Below, one piece after another: positions 32,499 to 43,135 of a stretch of DNA of 64,000 nucleotides; position 1 is the first letter of the stretch, and each line of letters begins with the position of its first letter. Under the pieces are notes generated by a model, which worked only from the letters and a program-made list of their open reading frames with translations, was not told the origin of the DNA and ran no database searches. The translations under genes and the position numbers were made by a program. The stretch is from Histomonas meleagridis 2922-C6/04-290x (lineage: Eukaryota; Protista; Parabasalia). The stretch is taken from positions 1 to 64,000 of the forward strand of contig JAANOX010000258.1 of NCBI GenBank assembly GCA_020184695.1. The letters are read 5' to 3'.

Positions 32499-33141
32499 AA
32501 TTATACTTAAAATATTACAATTTTCTTTTAATGAAAAATTATTTTGGCCATATGAAGATTAAAGCATTTATTTTTGGATTGGAGAATAAAATTTATCAAT
32601 ATGGCTATGGTTAGGATATAGTATATATTAAAAAGTCTTTTAATGATAAAAAGTAAAAATCCGATTTTATTAAACATATGCATATTAAAAGTTTCAAATA
32701 TTCATGAATTTATGTTCCTTGAAATCTCCTGCAAATATGTCTCAATCAATATTCGAGAATTACCACCATAGTGTTATTTAGTGAAAAATTATTGTTATTT
32801 TCATTTCTGAATTGCTAAGAAAATTTTGAACTTAGGTGATATTAATTCATTAATATTGTAAAAAAAAATGGGAAAGAGTGGTTGCTTATTTCTTGATAAA
32901 TTATTGGGCATTTTCTGGTTTTCATAAGATGATGCCTAATCGTTTCTCAAGGTGTTGACGGTTGTTATAAAAAACAGAATAATATTATTCAAAAACAAAT
33001 CATTTGTCAAAAATCAGATATGTTTTATCGTTTTGCACAGAAAAATTTGAAATCAACTTTTCCTATCGTCATGTTTGATTTTGGTCAGATGGAAATTTGT
33101 TTCATGATGAAATCAAACCATGAAAACATATCATTTTTCAA

Positions 33142-33690
33142 ATGGGTTTACTCTTTAGTAGTATTTATAATAAGTGGTTCAAGAACAGGGAAATGCGAAT
33201 TCTTATGTTAGGACTTGATGCCGCAGGAAAAACAACAGTTTTATATAAACTTAAACTTGGAGAACATGTAACAACAATTCCAACGATTGGTTTTAATGTT
33301 GAAACTATTGAATATAAAGGATTGAATATGAATGTTTGGGATGTTGGAGGTCAAGATAAAATTCGACCACTTTGGCGTCACTATTTTCATAATTCACAAG
33401 GACTTATTTTTGTTGTTGATTCTAACGATATTGGCCGAATTGATGAAGCACGTGATGTTTTACAGAAACTTCTTGAAGAAGATGAGTTACGAGAAGCTGT
33501 TTTACTTGTATATGCGAATAAGCAAGATCTTCCTAATGCGATCAAACCAAGAGAATTGGGGGATAGATTAGGACTTAATAGGATAACGAATCGTCCATGG
33601 CAAGTTCAAGGGACGTGTGCAACGACTGGAGATGGTTTATATGAAGGATTAGATTGGCTTGGTGAACAAATCAACAAGAAAAAAAATTGA
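33142..33690 (+). CDS. ARF: ADP-ribosylation factor (ARF1-like)
   Basis: N-terminal [43 protein letters not shown]. Confidence 0.95.
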   Translation: MGLLFSSIYNKWFKNREMRILMLGLDAAGKTTVLYKLKLGEHVTTIPTIGFNVETIEYKGLNMNVWDVGGQDKIRPLWRHYFHNSQGLIFVVDSNDIGRIDEARDVLQKLLEEDELREAVLLVYANKQDLPNAIKPRELGDRLGLNRITNRPWQVQGTCATTGDGLYEGLDWLGEQINKKKN

Positions 33691-33769
33691 TTTCAAAGGA
33701 AATAAATTAATAAATAAAAACAAATAAAATTATTTATGGTGATAATAAATTTGTGCTTTTATATTTAGT

Positions 33770-34262
33770 ATGGGGGATATTGTGATGTTAATGCTAAATA
33801 AAGAAGGAATTGAAGTTAACGCGTTTATTTTTTATGTGTGTTGTATGTTTTGTTTAATTAATGTTTTAAAATTTAATTTGGAAATTTTGATTATATTAAA
33901 CAACATTATTGTGCGCGCAAAATACTGAACAAAGTGAAATTGCAAATCTGTCGATGGTGTTTTATCACATTTTGGAGAAGAAATTAATTTGATAGTTTTA
34001 GTGTTTAATTATAATTTTTTATTTATACTTTTGCATTTGCTAAGAATATTTTATGTTTAGATATTGTCTTATGTATTATTCATAATTCTAGAATATTCAT
34101 AATACAAATAATTTGAACCTTATTAGTGATCTTTATGCAAAGTATTAGAAGTAATATTGCTAAACTTCCTGAACAAAAAGGTAATAATATTAAAACGAAA
34201 AATCTTTATATATCTTATTTTATAATTTAGTATTTCAAAATATTTTTTCAAATTATTTCGCA
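33770..34262 (+). pseudogene. Degenerate ankyrin relic retaining the 20-nt insert periodicity
   Basis: DIVMLMLNKEGIEVNA is followed by 17-mers at 33823-39, 33843-59, 33863-79 and 33883-99 flanking GTT, AAT, GGA and ACA, then TLLCA. The upstream exon is out of frame. A second decayed unit lies near 34170-34260. Confidence 0.6.
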
Positions 34263-34270
34263 CCCTTTAA

Positions 34271-34445
34271 TAAACACGAAAACATGTTCCAATAGAAATA
34301 ATAAGTTTTGCACTAGTAAAAAGAATTTTGCAGACAAAATTAAACACCAAAACATGTTCCAATATAAATAATAATAAGTTTTGCACTAGTAAAAAGTATT
34401 TTGCAGACAGACTTAAACACAAAAACATGTTCCAATAGAAATAAT
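34271..34445. repeat. Tandem repeat, 70-73-nt unit, ~2.4 copies
   Basis: aaacac(n)aaaacatgttccaata..aataataagttttgcactagtaaaaag..ttttgcagaca starts at 34272, 34342 and 34415. Confidence 0.85.
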
Positions 34446-34467
34446 GTTTATTTCCGGCTGAATGTTG

Positions 34468-37400
34468 TTACTCGATTTCTATATTGATTAGTCTCAAAGG
34501 GAATTCCATTTCTCCCAATGAAATTTTATTACCGTTTCCCACATTTTTATTTTTATATTGTTTATCATCGAAGAAAGTTTCCGTTTTCAGTTTTCTATTT
34601 TCGTTTTCCTTAATGTTATTATTAAAATTCCTTTTCAACGCGAATTCCATTCTTCTCATTAATTGTTGCACTCTTCGCATTGACAATTTCTTTGGTGCCA
34701 TATCATCATCCACGTTATAGTCAGGTCTGCAGTCCTTTTTAATGTTTGCACATATTGGACATTTCTTTAATTTCCCGATGCAACTTGAATGGAATGCATG
34801 ACCGCAATGGAACAATTCGACGTTATCATTTTTTCTTGACAACGAACCTAAACATATATCGCAATTAATAGTATCGATTTCTATACCTTTTGTTTCGTTT
34901 AGAAATGCTTTATCTATTAACTCGATACAATCAGATATTAATAATTCTTCTAAACCTTTCGATAAACTTTTCTTATAATTCACTTGATTAAATATATTAT
35001 TAATGATTTCATTATATTGTAATTGATTTAATCCAGAGAAATGTATCGCTAATATACAGAATGAATGATAAGTGTCGATTTCTTTTAATGATGAAACTAT
35101 GAAATATGAAAAGATTAATGTGACCGTTTTGGCAATATTTGGCTTAGCAAATTGTGAATGATACATTGGGAATTGGAAACTTAAATACATCTTTTGATAA
35201 CGTTTATGTTTTTGATCTTTAATCTCTTCTAATAAATATATCGCTGTGTTAACACATTCCATTGATGGTATTAATATCGGATAATTATCTAAGTCTTCGA
35301 TCGAATATGGTAATACATCGGAATCTGACTCAATGAACTCTAATAATGTTCGTTCGATTTCTAGTCCAATTTCTTCTACTGCTTCTTTATATTGTTGTTT
35401 ATGGATTTTGATTTGGATTTGACAATCAATTCGATTCATACTAATTTGTTGTGCTTCATCGATATTCATATAATCAATATATTTCTTTAAGAATGATGAA
35501 GCATTTGTTGGTTGATATTGTATTATTAATTTAAATAACGTCATTAAATACTTTTGATTAATTTCAACGGAATCAGAACATTCGAATAATGAATTTAAAT
35601 ATAAAAGTTTTTGTTTCGATGGTAATAATTCAATAATATCATTACTTAAGTTAGGGAAATATAAGTTTATAAATGACGCAGTTTTATTTGCATCATATAA
35701 TACTAATAATGATATATGTGTTAAAATTGCATTACGTATTTCATTATAATCTTTAATGTATTGTTCAATGAACTCAAATATCATTGGACGCATTTCTTTA
35801 TGTAAAAACATTATGTTTAATATCTTAGAATATGATTTAGTCGGTAAATATGTTTGCATAATAGTATCAATAAAACCTGCTTGTTCACATAATTGTTGTA
35901 ATAAATCATTCGGTATAAGATTTGGATATTGGCGAAGTATTTCATTTAATATGTTTTGTCGAAGGATAATTGGTTGTGATGATTGAAATATCCATTTTAA
36001 GATATGTTGAATTGAATCTTTATAAAATTGGAAATTAAGTGTTTGTGTTATTGGTATTATTTGATTTAGAAATGGTTCAGCTATTTTATATTCAGCATTT
36101 GTTAATATTTGTAATACTGCTTCTATTAAATGTTGGATTTCTAATGTTGTTTCATTCGATAAATGTAATGGTAATGTTTTTATTAATGTTTTTATGAATT
36201 TATGCGCAAATTCCCAATTATTATTAAAATATGTTTGAAGTCGATAATATTTACCTTCGTCATTTGGTGTCATTAACCAAATTATTGTTAACACACGTAA
36301 AAGTGATTTATTTTCAATGTTGAATTGTTTGGTAAATAATGAATTTATAAATTTGGTTAAATGTTCTTGATCTTTAACAAATGAATATGTTAATATTAAT
36401 TGTTCTGGTTTACTCGCACTTAATTTTGCTAATAGTTTATGAAGATTATACTTTAATGAAATTGATAAAAGTTTTTCTGACGTTTCTTCATTAAATTTAA
36501 ACATAAGAATTTTCTCTTCATTTTCTTCTAATTTATTATTTGTTTGTAAATAATTAAAATATTTATCAAAGAATTCCGATGTTAAATATTCAGTGAATTG
36601 CGAATTATTCTGAAATATTCCTTCGAAATATATATCAAGTAATTGTTTATCTTTAAATAAATCATATAAATCAGTCGTCAAAAAATCAAAAAAGTCAAGT
36701 GTGGAAATGGTATATGATATGTATTGGAAGTTTTGTAATATTATATCTTTATCTTCTTTTCGAAATGTTTCTTCTAAATATTCAATCGAAAGTTTTTTGA
36801 TTAATTCATAAATCATTACTCGCTTTTGTGAAGGATTATTTGGAATGCCTACAAAGTTTTGTTTAGAGCCAATACATATATCTGTTATGAATTCAAACGC
36901 TTTTGTATAATTTCCATTAGTTGAATATTTGGTAATCATTTCATCAAATGGTAAAAATGAAAAGGTATATAAGCCATTAACAACAGATATGATCATCTTC
37001 TCATTATAACAATGAACATCTCGAATTTGATTAACAATTGATAATAATTTTTCTGAACTACTTCGACAAATGATTTCGCCGTTAACGGTCATCATGGCCA
37101 TCGTCCCGGTGAACGTTAAGTATGCGAGCAAAGATTGTGAAAGGAAAACTAATGAGTGAATTTCACCATCTTGTTCTTCTTTTTTAAGAATTGAAAATAT
37201 ACGTGATGGTGTAGTCATCTGATTCACATTAATGGCGTTACCAGATGTAAGTGCGAAAAATATATCTCTAGGACGTGAAATTAATGAGATATGAATTGAA
37301 TTGAAAAATGTTTCAGATTCCGTAATAACAAAGTTTTGAGAATCACCATCTGGATTAAATACAATGTATTTGGTTGGAAATACTATAAAACCAATAGGAA

Positions 37401-37908
37401 ATGGTGAATTAAATGAGGACAAAATTAATTGCATTACAACAGATTTTCCACTATAAACTAACTCTTCTTTAAACATTATGATATTAAAAAGAAGTGAAAC
37501 ATGAATAACTGTTATAATACCAGTAGAATCTGCAGAAAAAATTATTTGTGAATTTTTGCCAAATTTAACATGAGAAATGGGATTTTGGTGTATTTGCCTA
37601 TGTTCCTTTATATAATAAAGACCTTTAGAAAATGCCCAAAGAATTATTGTACCATCATCATGTCCAGTAGCAACATATTGCCTATCAGCTGATATATCAA
37701 CACAAATTGGGTGTGAAATAGTCTTTGCTTTTCCTGTGAATTTTCGTATAATAGAGTTTTCTATGTTATAATAAAGTGGATAAAATTGATCTGTAACAAA
37801 AACGAAATATTGTTCACGATTTGCTGAATTAACAATTGAAGTAATGTGCTCTTGATTTAAATAGTCTTTAAGTGGTTGAGATTCTTCAAACTTTATTTCA
37901 GCTTCCAT
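34468..37908 (-). CDS. VPS8-like CORVET subunit (WD40 + alpha-solenoid + C-terminal RING)
   Basis: N-terminal WD40 (CVDISADRQYVATGHDDGTIILW), long helical region, then RING CDICLGSL...FHCGHAFHSSC...CPIC; 1146 aa. Confidence 0.75.
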   Translation of the reverse strand: MEAEIKFEESQPLKDYLNQEHITSIVNSANREQYFVFVTDQFYPLYYNIENSIIRKFTGKAKTISHPICVDISADRQYVATGHDDGTIILWAFSKGLYYIKEHRQIHQNPISHVKFGKNSQIIFSADSTGIITVIHVSLLFNIIMFKEELVYSGKSVVMQLILSSFNSPFPIGFIVFPTKYIVFNPDGDSQNFVITESETFFNSIHISLISRPRDIFFALTSGNAINVNQMTTPSRIFSILKKEEQDGEIHSLVFLSQSLLAYLTFTGTMAMMTVNGEIICRSSSEKLLSIVNQIRDVHCYNEKMIISVVNGLYTFSFLPFDEMITKYSTNGNYTKAFEFITDICIGSKQNFVGIPNNPSQKRVMIYELIKKLSIEYLEETFRKEDKDIILQNFQYISYTISTLDFFDFLTTDLYDLFKDKQLLDIYFEGIFQNNSQFTEYLTSEFFDKYFNYLQTNNKLEENEEKILMFKFNEETSEKLLSISLKYNLHKLLAKLSASKPEQLILTYSFVKDQEHLTKFINSLFTKQFNIENKSLLRVLTIIWLMTPNDEGKYYRLQTYFNNNWEFAHKFIKTLIKTLPLHLSNETTLEIQHLIEAVLQILTNAEYKIAEPFLNQIIPITQTLNFQFYKDSIQHILKWIFQSSQPIILRQNILNEILRQYPNLIPNDLLQQLCEQAGFIDTIMQTYLPTKSYSKILNIMFLHKEMRPMIFEFIEQYIKDYNEIRNAILTHISLLVLYDANKTASFINLYFPNLSNDIIELLPSKQKLLYLNSLFECSDSVEINQKYLMTLFKLIIQYQPTNASSFLKKYIDYMNIDEAQQISMNRIDCQIQIKIHKQQYKEAVEEIGLEIERTLLEFIESDSDVLPYSIEDLDNYPILIPSMECVNTAIYLLEEIKDQKHKRYQKMYLSFQFPMYHSQFAKPNIAKTVTLIFSYFIVSSLKEIDTYHSFCILAIHFSGLNQLQYNEIINNIFNQVNYKKSLSKGLEELLISDCIELIDKAFLNETKGIEIDTINCDICLGSLSRKNDNVELFHCGHAFHSSCIGKLKKCPICANIKKDCRPDYNVDDDMAPKKLSMRRVQQLMRRMEFALKRNFNNNIKENENRKLKTETFFDDKQYKNKNVGNGNKISLGEMEFPLRLINIEIE

Positions 37909-38094
37909 TTGTCAGACCGATTGAGTTCTATGTTAAATGACAAAATTTTATTTCACTCACAAAACAATGAAATTTTCGCAAATAAACACATTATTAGATC
38001 TAATCATTTTATCCTCAAAAAAAGAATACAATTTGCTAATAACGATTACAAAAAATATTATATGTATCAACATTTACTAAAATATAAATAACAT

Positions 38095-40689
38095 TTATAG
38101 ATGAAGAGCTCCTGCTTCCGTTGGGTAGAAGTTTGTTTGTACTCGTTCTTCAAGATTTATTCCATTATAGATGTTTAAAAGCAACTCAAGTTCATCCAAT
38201 TCATTTATCGGCAAATTCAATTCACTTTCAAAAAGTGTGTCGGAGTTATCGTTTTTTGATGTTATTGAGTAAACGGCCTCATCGAGTTGCAGAACGTTAA
38301 GCACCGATAGGACATCATTTATAGAAACGTTTGGAAATGAATAAACAATTTCCATAATTTCAATTCCAGGATGAAATTCTATTAATTCGAAAATTTCCAA
38401 CTTAATTTTTTTCAACAATTTTTCATCTTGTTTATTTTCTATGTCATCCCAATAATGTAATTTTATCATTTCATCATCTACGACGAAAATTGGTAAAACA
38501 TTTAAAGAATTTTTTTGTTTTATAAAATCGAATTCTTCCAAAAAATTCAATGATTTTATTAATAATTTTTGGTTTTCCGGGAAAATTTCGTTTAATCTTT
38601 TTAAGTCAATTCCTTTATATCCATTATGTAAAACACATCCATAACATAACTTTGTAATTTGATGAAAACTTATTGAAGAATTCTCATAAATTTGTAATAT
38701 AATTAATGGAATTTCAACAAAAGCTTTCGATAAAAGAATTTGATTACTTTGGAATTCATTTTTATTCTTTGTTTCCTTATGAATGTTTTCTTCTTGATGA
38801 ATATTTGGTAAATTTGGATTTGGAATTTTGTTTATTTTCATTCGAAAGATTTCTTTCGATGAATTTTTTTGGTGAAAATAAAAGTCAATACAATCCGTGT
38901 TTAAAATGTAATATAATGACCCAAAGCTTAATGTTGTTGGTAAATCTGGAATTATATCTTTTGATGTACATATAATATCATCAATTATTTTTTGGATTTG
39001 ATCAAAAAAATCATTTGTTTTAATATATCTTTTTGTTTCTTGATGATATAATATTCGTAATTTACTTGTAAACCCTAAAAGTCTTAATAAAACTAATGAA
39101 TCAGTCGAACAATTTGTCCAATCAAAATTTTGTAAAATTTCAATGACACTTTTTGGAGGCGGATCATTTTTAATTGAAATTATAATACGTTTAAGTGCTT
39201 CCGCTAGTTCACTTATAAATGGCGAAACTTTCGTTTGGATGTTCTGTATCGAAAAATATGTTAACATTTGCGTTGTTGTTAATTCATAGTTTTCAGAATT
39301 AATAACTGGTTTATGCATTTCTTGTAAAAAATGACACAAAATATTTTGATATTTTGATATGTAAAATAAATTTTGTTTATTATTTCCAAAAATATTTTTT
39401 GCATCAATTTGAATATTAAATTGTTCACGAATTTTATTTGTAATATATTTCCATTGTATTGGTTTACAATGAATATAACCATTAATTGTAATTTTAGATA
39501 ATGCTATTGTTGAATATAAAATTTCGTCTTTTTCGGGCTCATTAAATTCGATTAATGTATTAAAGTTATCTGTGAAATCAATTAATGATTTCGAAAATTT
39601 TAATATGTTTTCATCGATCCTTTCTGGAATTTTATCAATTCGATATTTAATGACATCTCTTTCATAACCAAATTTCTCAATTAATTTATTTATAAAATAT
39701 TTTGATGTTGTTTTTTGTTGTAAATTTAACAGCTTTGCTATAATGTATTTACAATTGTTTTTATTTGTATCCAATTTCTTTATTGACCAATTTTTTATCC
39801 ATAAATTAATAGAAAAAGAGTCACAATAATTGAGCAAATCAGTCATTTCAATAAACCGCCAAACGGTTTCATTCAAATTTTGACAGTTTACTTTGGTGCC
39901 CTGACATTCAAAACTTAATATGCGGTTGATTTTATAACGGTCGCCACCTAATGAAGTTATTAAAAAGAATGGTTTACGCGTTAATTTTTGAAGGAGTGAT
40001 TTCAAAATTTGTGTTGGATCGTTGTACTGAATTTGCTGTTGAATACGTTTAGGAAGAAACGAACAAAGAAGAAAACGAAGCTTTGGTTCCTTAAGGAATA
40101 CTTCTGGAACTTCAGAAGTTCCTATGATCTTAAAGTAAAGATCTACACTAATTCGTTGAAGGATATCTTCAATGGTAAATGTATTTGTAAATGTATCAAC
40201 AATAAAATTATGAAGAATACTACAACGATTATACTTGGATGAAATATATCCAGGAGAAAATGATTGCATTATTCTAGATTTCCTTTCAATAATTTTTTTA
40301 GGAAGAATTGGATCTTCGATTGGTTTCTGTAGGATTTGAATTGGTATAGCTTGTAGCAGATTTGCTAAAGAAGCTTGAGCAATTGTTAGTTTCTGATCTG
40401 CTGGGATGAATGATGGTAAAAGAAATGAAGCTTGACTTGTAGGTTGACGATTCGGAAATAATCTTGTTTTTTTTTTAAGCCTGATGTCAACACGTTCGAA
40501 TTTCCCGGTACTTGTAGCTATTTGAAATAAATTATTAATCCATTTATTACAATATGAATGATTTCCATATTTTGGAAAATATATATTATAAATATCATTT
40601 GAATTTATAATTAGAACTGTTTTAATTTGTTCTTCAATGCTTGCGACAAAGCCAGTCTTCCACTGCTTCTTATAAGAAGAACGTTGCAA
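38095..40689 (-). CDS. Hypothetical protein, ~860 aa, possibly with C-terminal winged helices (TFIIIC large-subunit-like); 5' end uncertain
   Basis: Long ORF. C-terminal ELIEFHPGIEIMEIVYSFPNVSINDVLSVLNVL resembles a winged helix. There is no in-frame ATG near the ORF start (the track uses TTG). Confidence 0.5.
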   Translation of the reverse strand: MQRSSYKKQWKTGFVASIEEQIKTVLIINSNDIYNIYFPKYGNHSYCNKWINNLFQIATSTGKFERVDIRLKKKTRLFPNRQPTSQASFLLPSFIPADQKLTIAQASLANLLQAIPIQILQKPIEDPILPKKIIERKSRIMQSFSPGYISSKYNRCSILHNFIVDTFTNTFTIEDILQRISVDLYFKIIGTSEVPEVFLKEPKLRFLLCSFLPKRIQQQIQYNDPTQILKSLLQKLTRKPFFLITSLGGDRYKINRILSFECQGTKVNCQNLNETVWRFIEMTDLLNYCDSFSINLWIKNWSIKKLDTNKNNCKYIIAKLLNLQQKTTSKYFINKLIEKFGYERDVIKYRIDKIPERIDENILKFSKSLIDFTDNFNTLIEFNEPEKDEILYSTIALSKITINGYIHCKPIQWKYITNKIREQFNIQIDAKNIFGNNKQNLFYISKYQNILCHFLQEMHKPVINSENYELTTTQMLTYFSIQNIQTKVSPFISELAEALKRIIISIKNDPPPKSVIEILQNFDWTNCSTDSLVLLRLLGFTSKLRILYHQETKRYIKTNDFFDQIQKIIDDIICTSKDIIPDLPTTLSFGSLYYILNTDCIDFYFHQKNSSKEIFRMKINKIPNPNLPNIHQEENIHKETKNKNEFQSNQILLSKAFVEIPLIILQIYENSSISFHQITKLCYGCVLHNGYKGIDLKRLNEIFPENQKLLIKSLNFLEEFDFIKQKNSLNVLPIFVVDDEMIKLHYWDDIENKQDEKLLKKIKLEIFELIEFHPGIEIMEIVYSFPNVSINDVLSVLNVLQLDEAVYSITSKNDNSDTLFESELNLPINELDELELLLNIYNGINLEERVQTNFYPTEAGALHL

Positions 40690-40792
40690 CTGTTTGGCTC
40701 AGAACAAAAGAAGATTTACAAAATGACAAAAATTTTCAAAGAAAATAAAAATGACAAAAGAAGCAAAAATTTTGAATTGGTGTTTAGCTTAC

Positions 40793-41482
40793 TTAAAAGC
40801 CACCACGAAGACGAAGAACTAAGTGGAGTGTGGAGTCCTTTTGGATGGAGTAATCTTGAAGTGTGTTGCCATCTTCGAGTTGCTTACCAGCAAAGATAAG
40901 ACGTTGTTGATCTGGTGGGATACCTTCCTTATCTTGAATCTTGGACTTAACATCTTCGATACGATCAGTTGGTTCGACTTCAAGTGTGATGTGCTTGCCT
41001 GTGAGTGTTTTAACGAAGATTTGCATACCACCACGAAGACGAAGAACGAGATGGAGTGTTGAATCCTTTTGGATGGAGTAGTCTTGGAGTGTGTTTCCAT
41101 CTTCGAGTTGTTTACCAGCGAAAATTAAACGTTGTTGATCTGGTGGGATACCTTCCTTATCTTGAATCTTGGACTTAACATCTTCGATACGATCAGTTGG
41201 TTCGACTTCAAGTGTGATGTGCTTGCCTGTGAGGGTCTTGACGAAAATTTGCATACCACCACGAAGACGAAGAACTAAGTGGAGTGTGGAGTCCTTTTGA
41301 ATGGAGTAATCTTGAAGTGTGTTGCCATCTTCGAGTTGTTTACCAGCAAAGATAAGACGTTGTTGATCTGGTGGGATACCTTCCTTATCTTGGATCTTGG
41401 ACTTGACATCTTCGATACGATCAGTTGGTTCGACTTCAAGTGTAATGTGTTTTCCAGTGAGTGTCTTAACAAAGATTTGCAT
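40793..41482 (-). CDS. Polyubiquitin, 3 ubiquitin units plus a terminal Phe
   Basis: Three identical 76-aa [11 protein letters not shown]...LRLRGG units; 690 nt = 230 codons including stop. Confidence 0.98.
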   Translation of the reverse strand: MQIFVKTLTGKHITLEVEPTDRIEDVKSKIQDKEGIPPDQQRLIFAGKQLEDGNTLQDYSIQKDSTLHLVLRLRGGMQIFVKTLTGKHITLEVEPTDRIEDVKSKIQDKEGIPPDQQRLIFAGKQLEDGNTLQDYSIQKDSTLHLVLRLRGGMQIFVKTLTGKHITLEVEPTDRIEDVKSKIQDKEGIPPDQQRLIFAGKQLEDGNTLQDYSIQKDSTLHLVLRLRGGF

Positions 41483-42183
41483 GAACAAAAATGATGTGGA
41501 TAATTTATTTTGACCAAATTTCGTTCAATTTTTTGGTCAAACCAGCTTTTTGAATGCGAGGTGAAGTCAGCAGGATATCGGCTCTCTGTCAAAATTTATG
41601 GGAAGTTTTGCTTTTTTTAGAAACCAAATTTGAATTTTCCAGCCAAGGTTGGCATTAAAGCAGATAAATTTTGGAATACTTTTTGAATGAAAATTTCCTG
41701 TTTTGTCAAAATATTACCCCTCAAGTCGACTTTTTAGAAAAACATTCGATAAATGATCTTATAAGATTTTTGCTGAACTTCAAAAATTCATGTGCTTTAT
41801 CAGATTAATTTGAAGACAAAAATGAAATAACTTCAATCTTTTTTTGTAGGTTTTTGAAATATCGATAAAATAAAAAAAAATCCAACAATAAAGATATCTC
41901 ATCTCATATTCGATATTATTGCAAATATAAGAAAATTTAAAATTACTTATTAGTTATGGTTGTTAAAATGAATTTAATTCTGAAGTATTTGAATAATATT
42001 AATGTTTTTATAAAAATATATAGATATATCTATGTGTATAAAATTATTTATAAAAATTAAATTTCATAATGAAAAATATAAAATATCAAAGTCAATATGA
42101 ACTTGTTATAAAAATGTACAAACATTCTAATTTGAACAAATCATTTAAATCAAAGAGAAAAAGGTAAAAAAAATAAGAAAAAA

Positions 42184-42263
42184 TGTTCACCGTGGGGTTC
42201 GAACCCACGCCCTCTCGGACTAGTGCCTTAAACTAGCGCCTTGGACCACTCGGCCAGATGAAC
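42184..42263 (-). tRNA. tRNA-Leu(AAG)
   Basis: Reverse complement identical to 42754-42833, followed by a T6 run on the minus strand. Confidence 0.93.
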
Positions 42264-42753
42264 TTTCGATTAAAATTTTAATTATATATTTATATATAAT
42301 TATAAAGAGTTTCTATTATGTTTAAAATAAATTTAAATATTCCTTCGAATATATTTATTAAAATTGGATTTATTTTATGAAAACATCGTTGAATGAAAAT
42401 ATTTTATGTTTTGATGGTTGTAATAATCAGATCTTTATTTTTCAACAAAAATATTAAAATTTCATAATTTTTCACCCAATACCACTAAAATTATGATTTT
42501 TCCAATTTTGTTTTATGATAGTCCTATATACATCTCTAAAATACAAATAATTTTGTTACTAAAAATAAATTATTTCTTCATATTCACCTGCAAGTATAAT
42601 TCATATCCACATGTATTGCTTACTTTTGCCCATTCGTAAGCAAATATTTGAAACATTTAACAGCATAAAAAAAAATGCTTCATCGTCAGTTTTTATTTTA
42701 AAATCTAGTTTTGAAATTGCTTATCAATATATAATAAAAAGACAGAATCGAAA

Positions 42754-42833
42754 GTTCATCTGGCCGAGTGGTCCAAGGCGCTAGTTTAAGGCACTAGTCC
42801 GAGAGGGCGTGGGTTCGAACCCCACGGTGAACA
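42754..42833 (+). tRNA. tRNA-Leu(AAG)
   Basis: Acceptor GTTCATC/GGTGAAC, A-box TGGCCGAGTGG, anticodon arm CTAGT-TTAAGGC-ACTAG, variable arm, T-arm GTGGG-TTCGAAC-CCCAC, then a T run. Confidence 0.95.
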
Positions 42834-42842
42834 TTTTTTTTT
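42834..42842 (+). terminator. Pol III oligo-T terminator
   Basis: Run of T immediately after the tRNA discriminator base. Confidence 0.8.
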
Positions 42843-43135
42843 CATTAATTAAAGTGTAAATATTCATATTGGAATATTTGTACATTTATATATTTTAGTT
42901 CTATTTTATGATCTAAATTATCTACAACTAATTTTTGTGATTTAAATTTTATGTTAAAATATGAAGGGAAAAAAAAAAAAAACCCCCTTTAAAATATTAA
43001 AAGAATTGGATTTTAAATTGAATGTTATAAAAAATTGAGGCAGTACAAAATATATTTTATAGTCTGATTTTTACCAATTGATATGAATTATTAATAATAC
43101 TTGAAAACATACTATTAAGCCTTTTATTACCAAAG

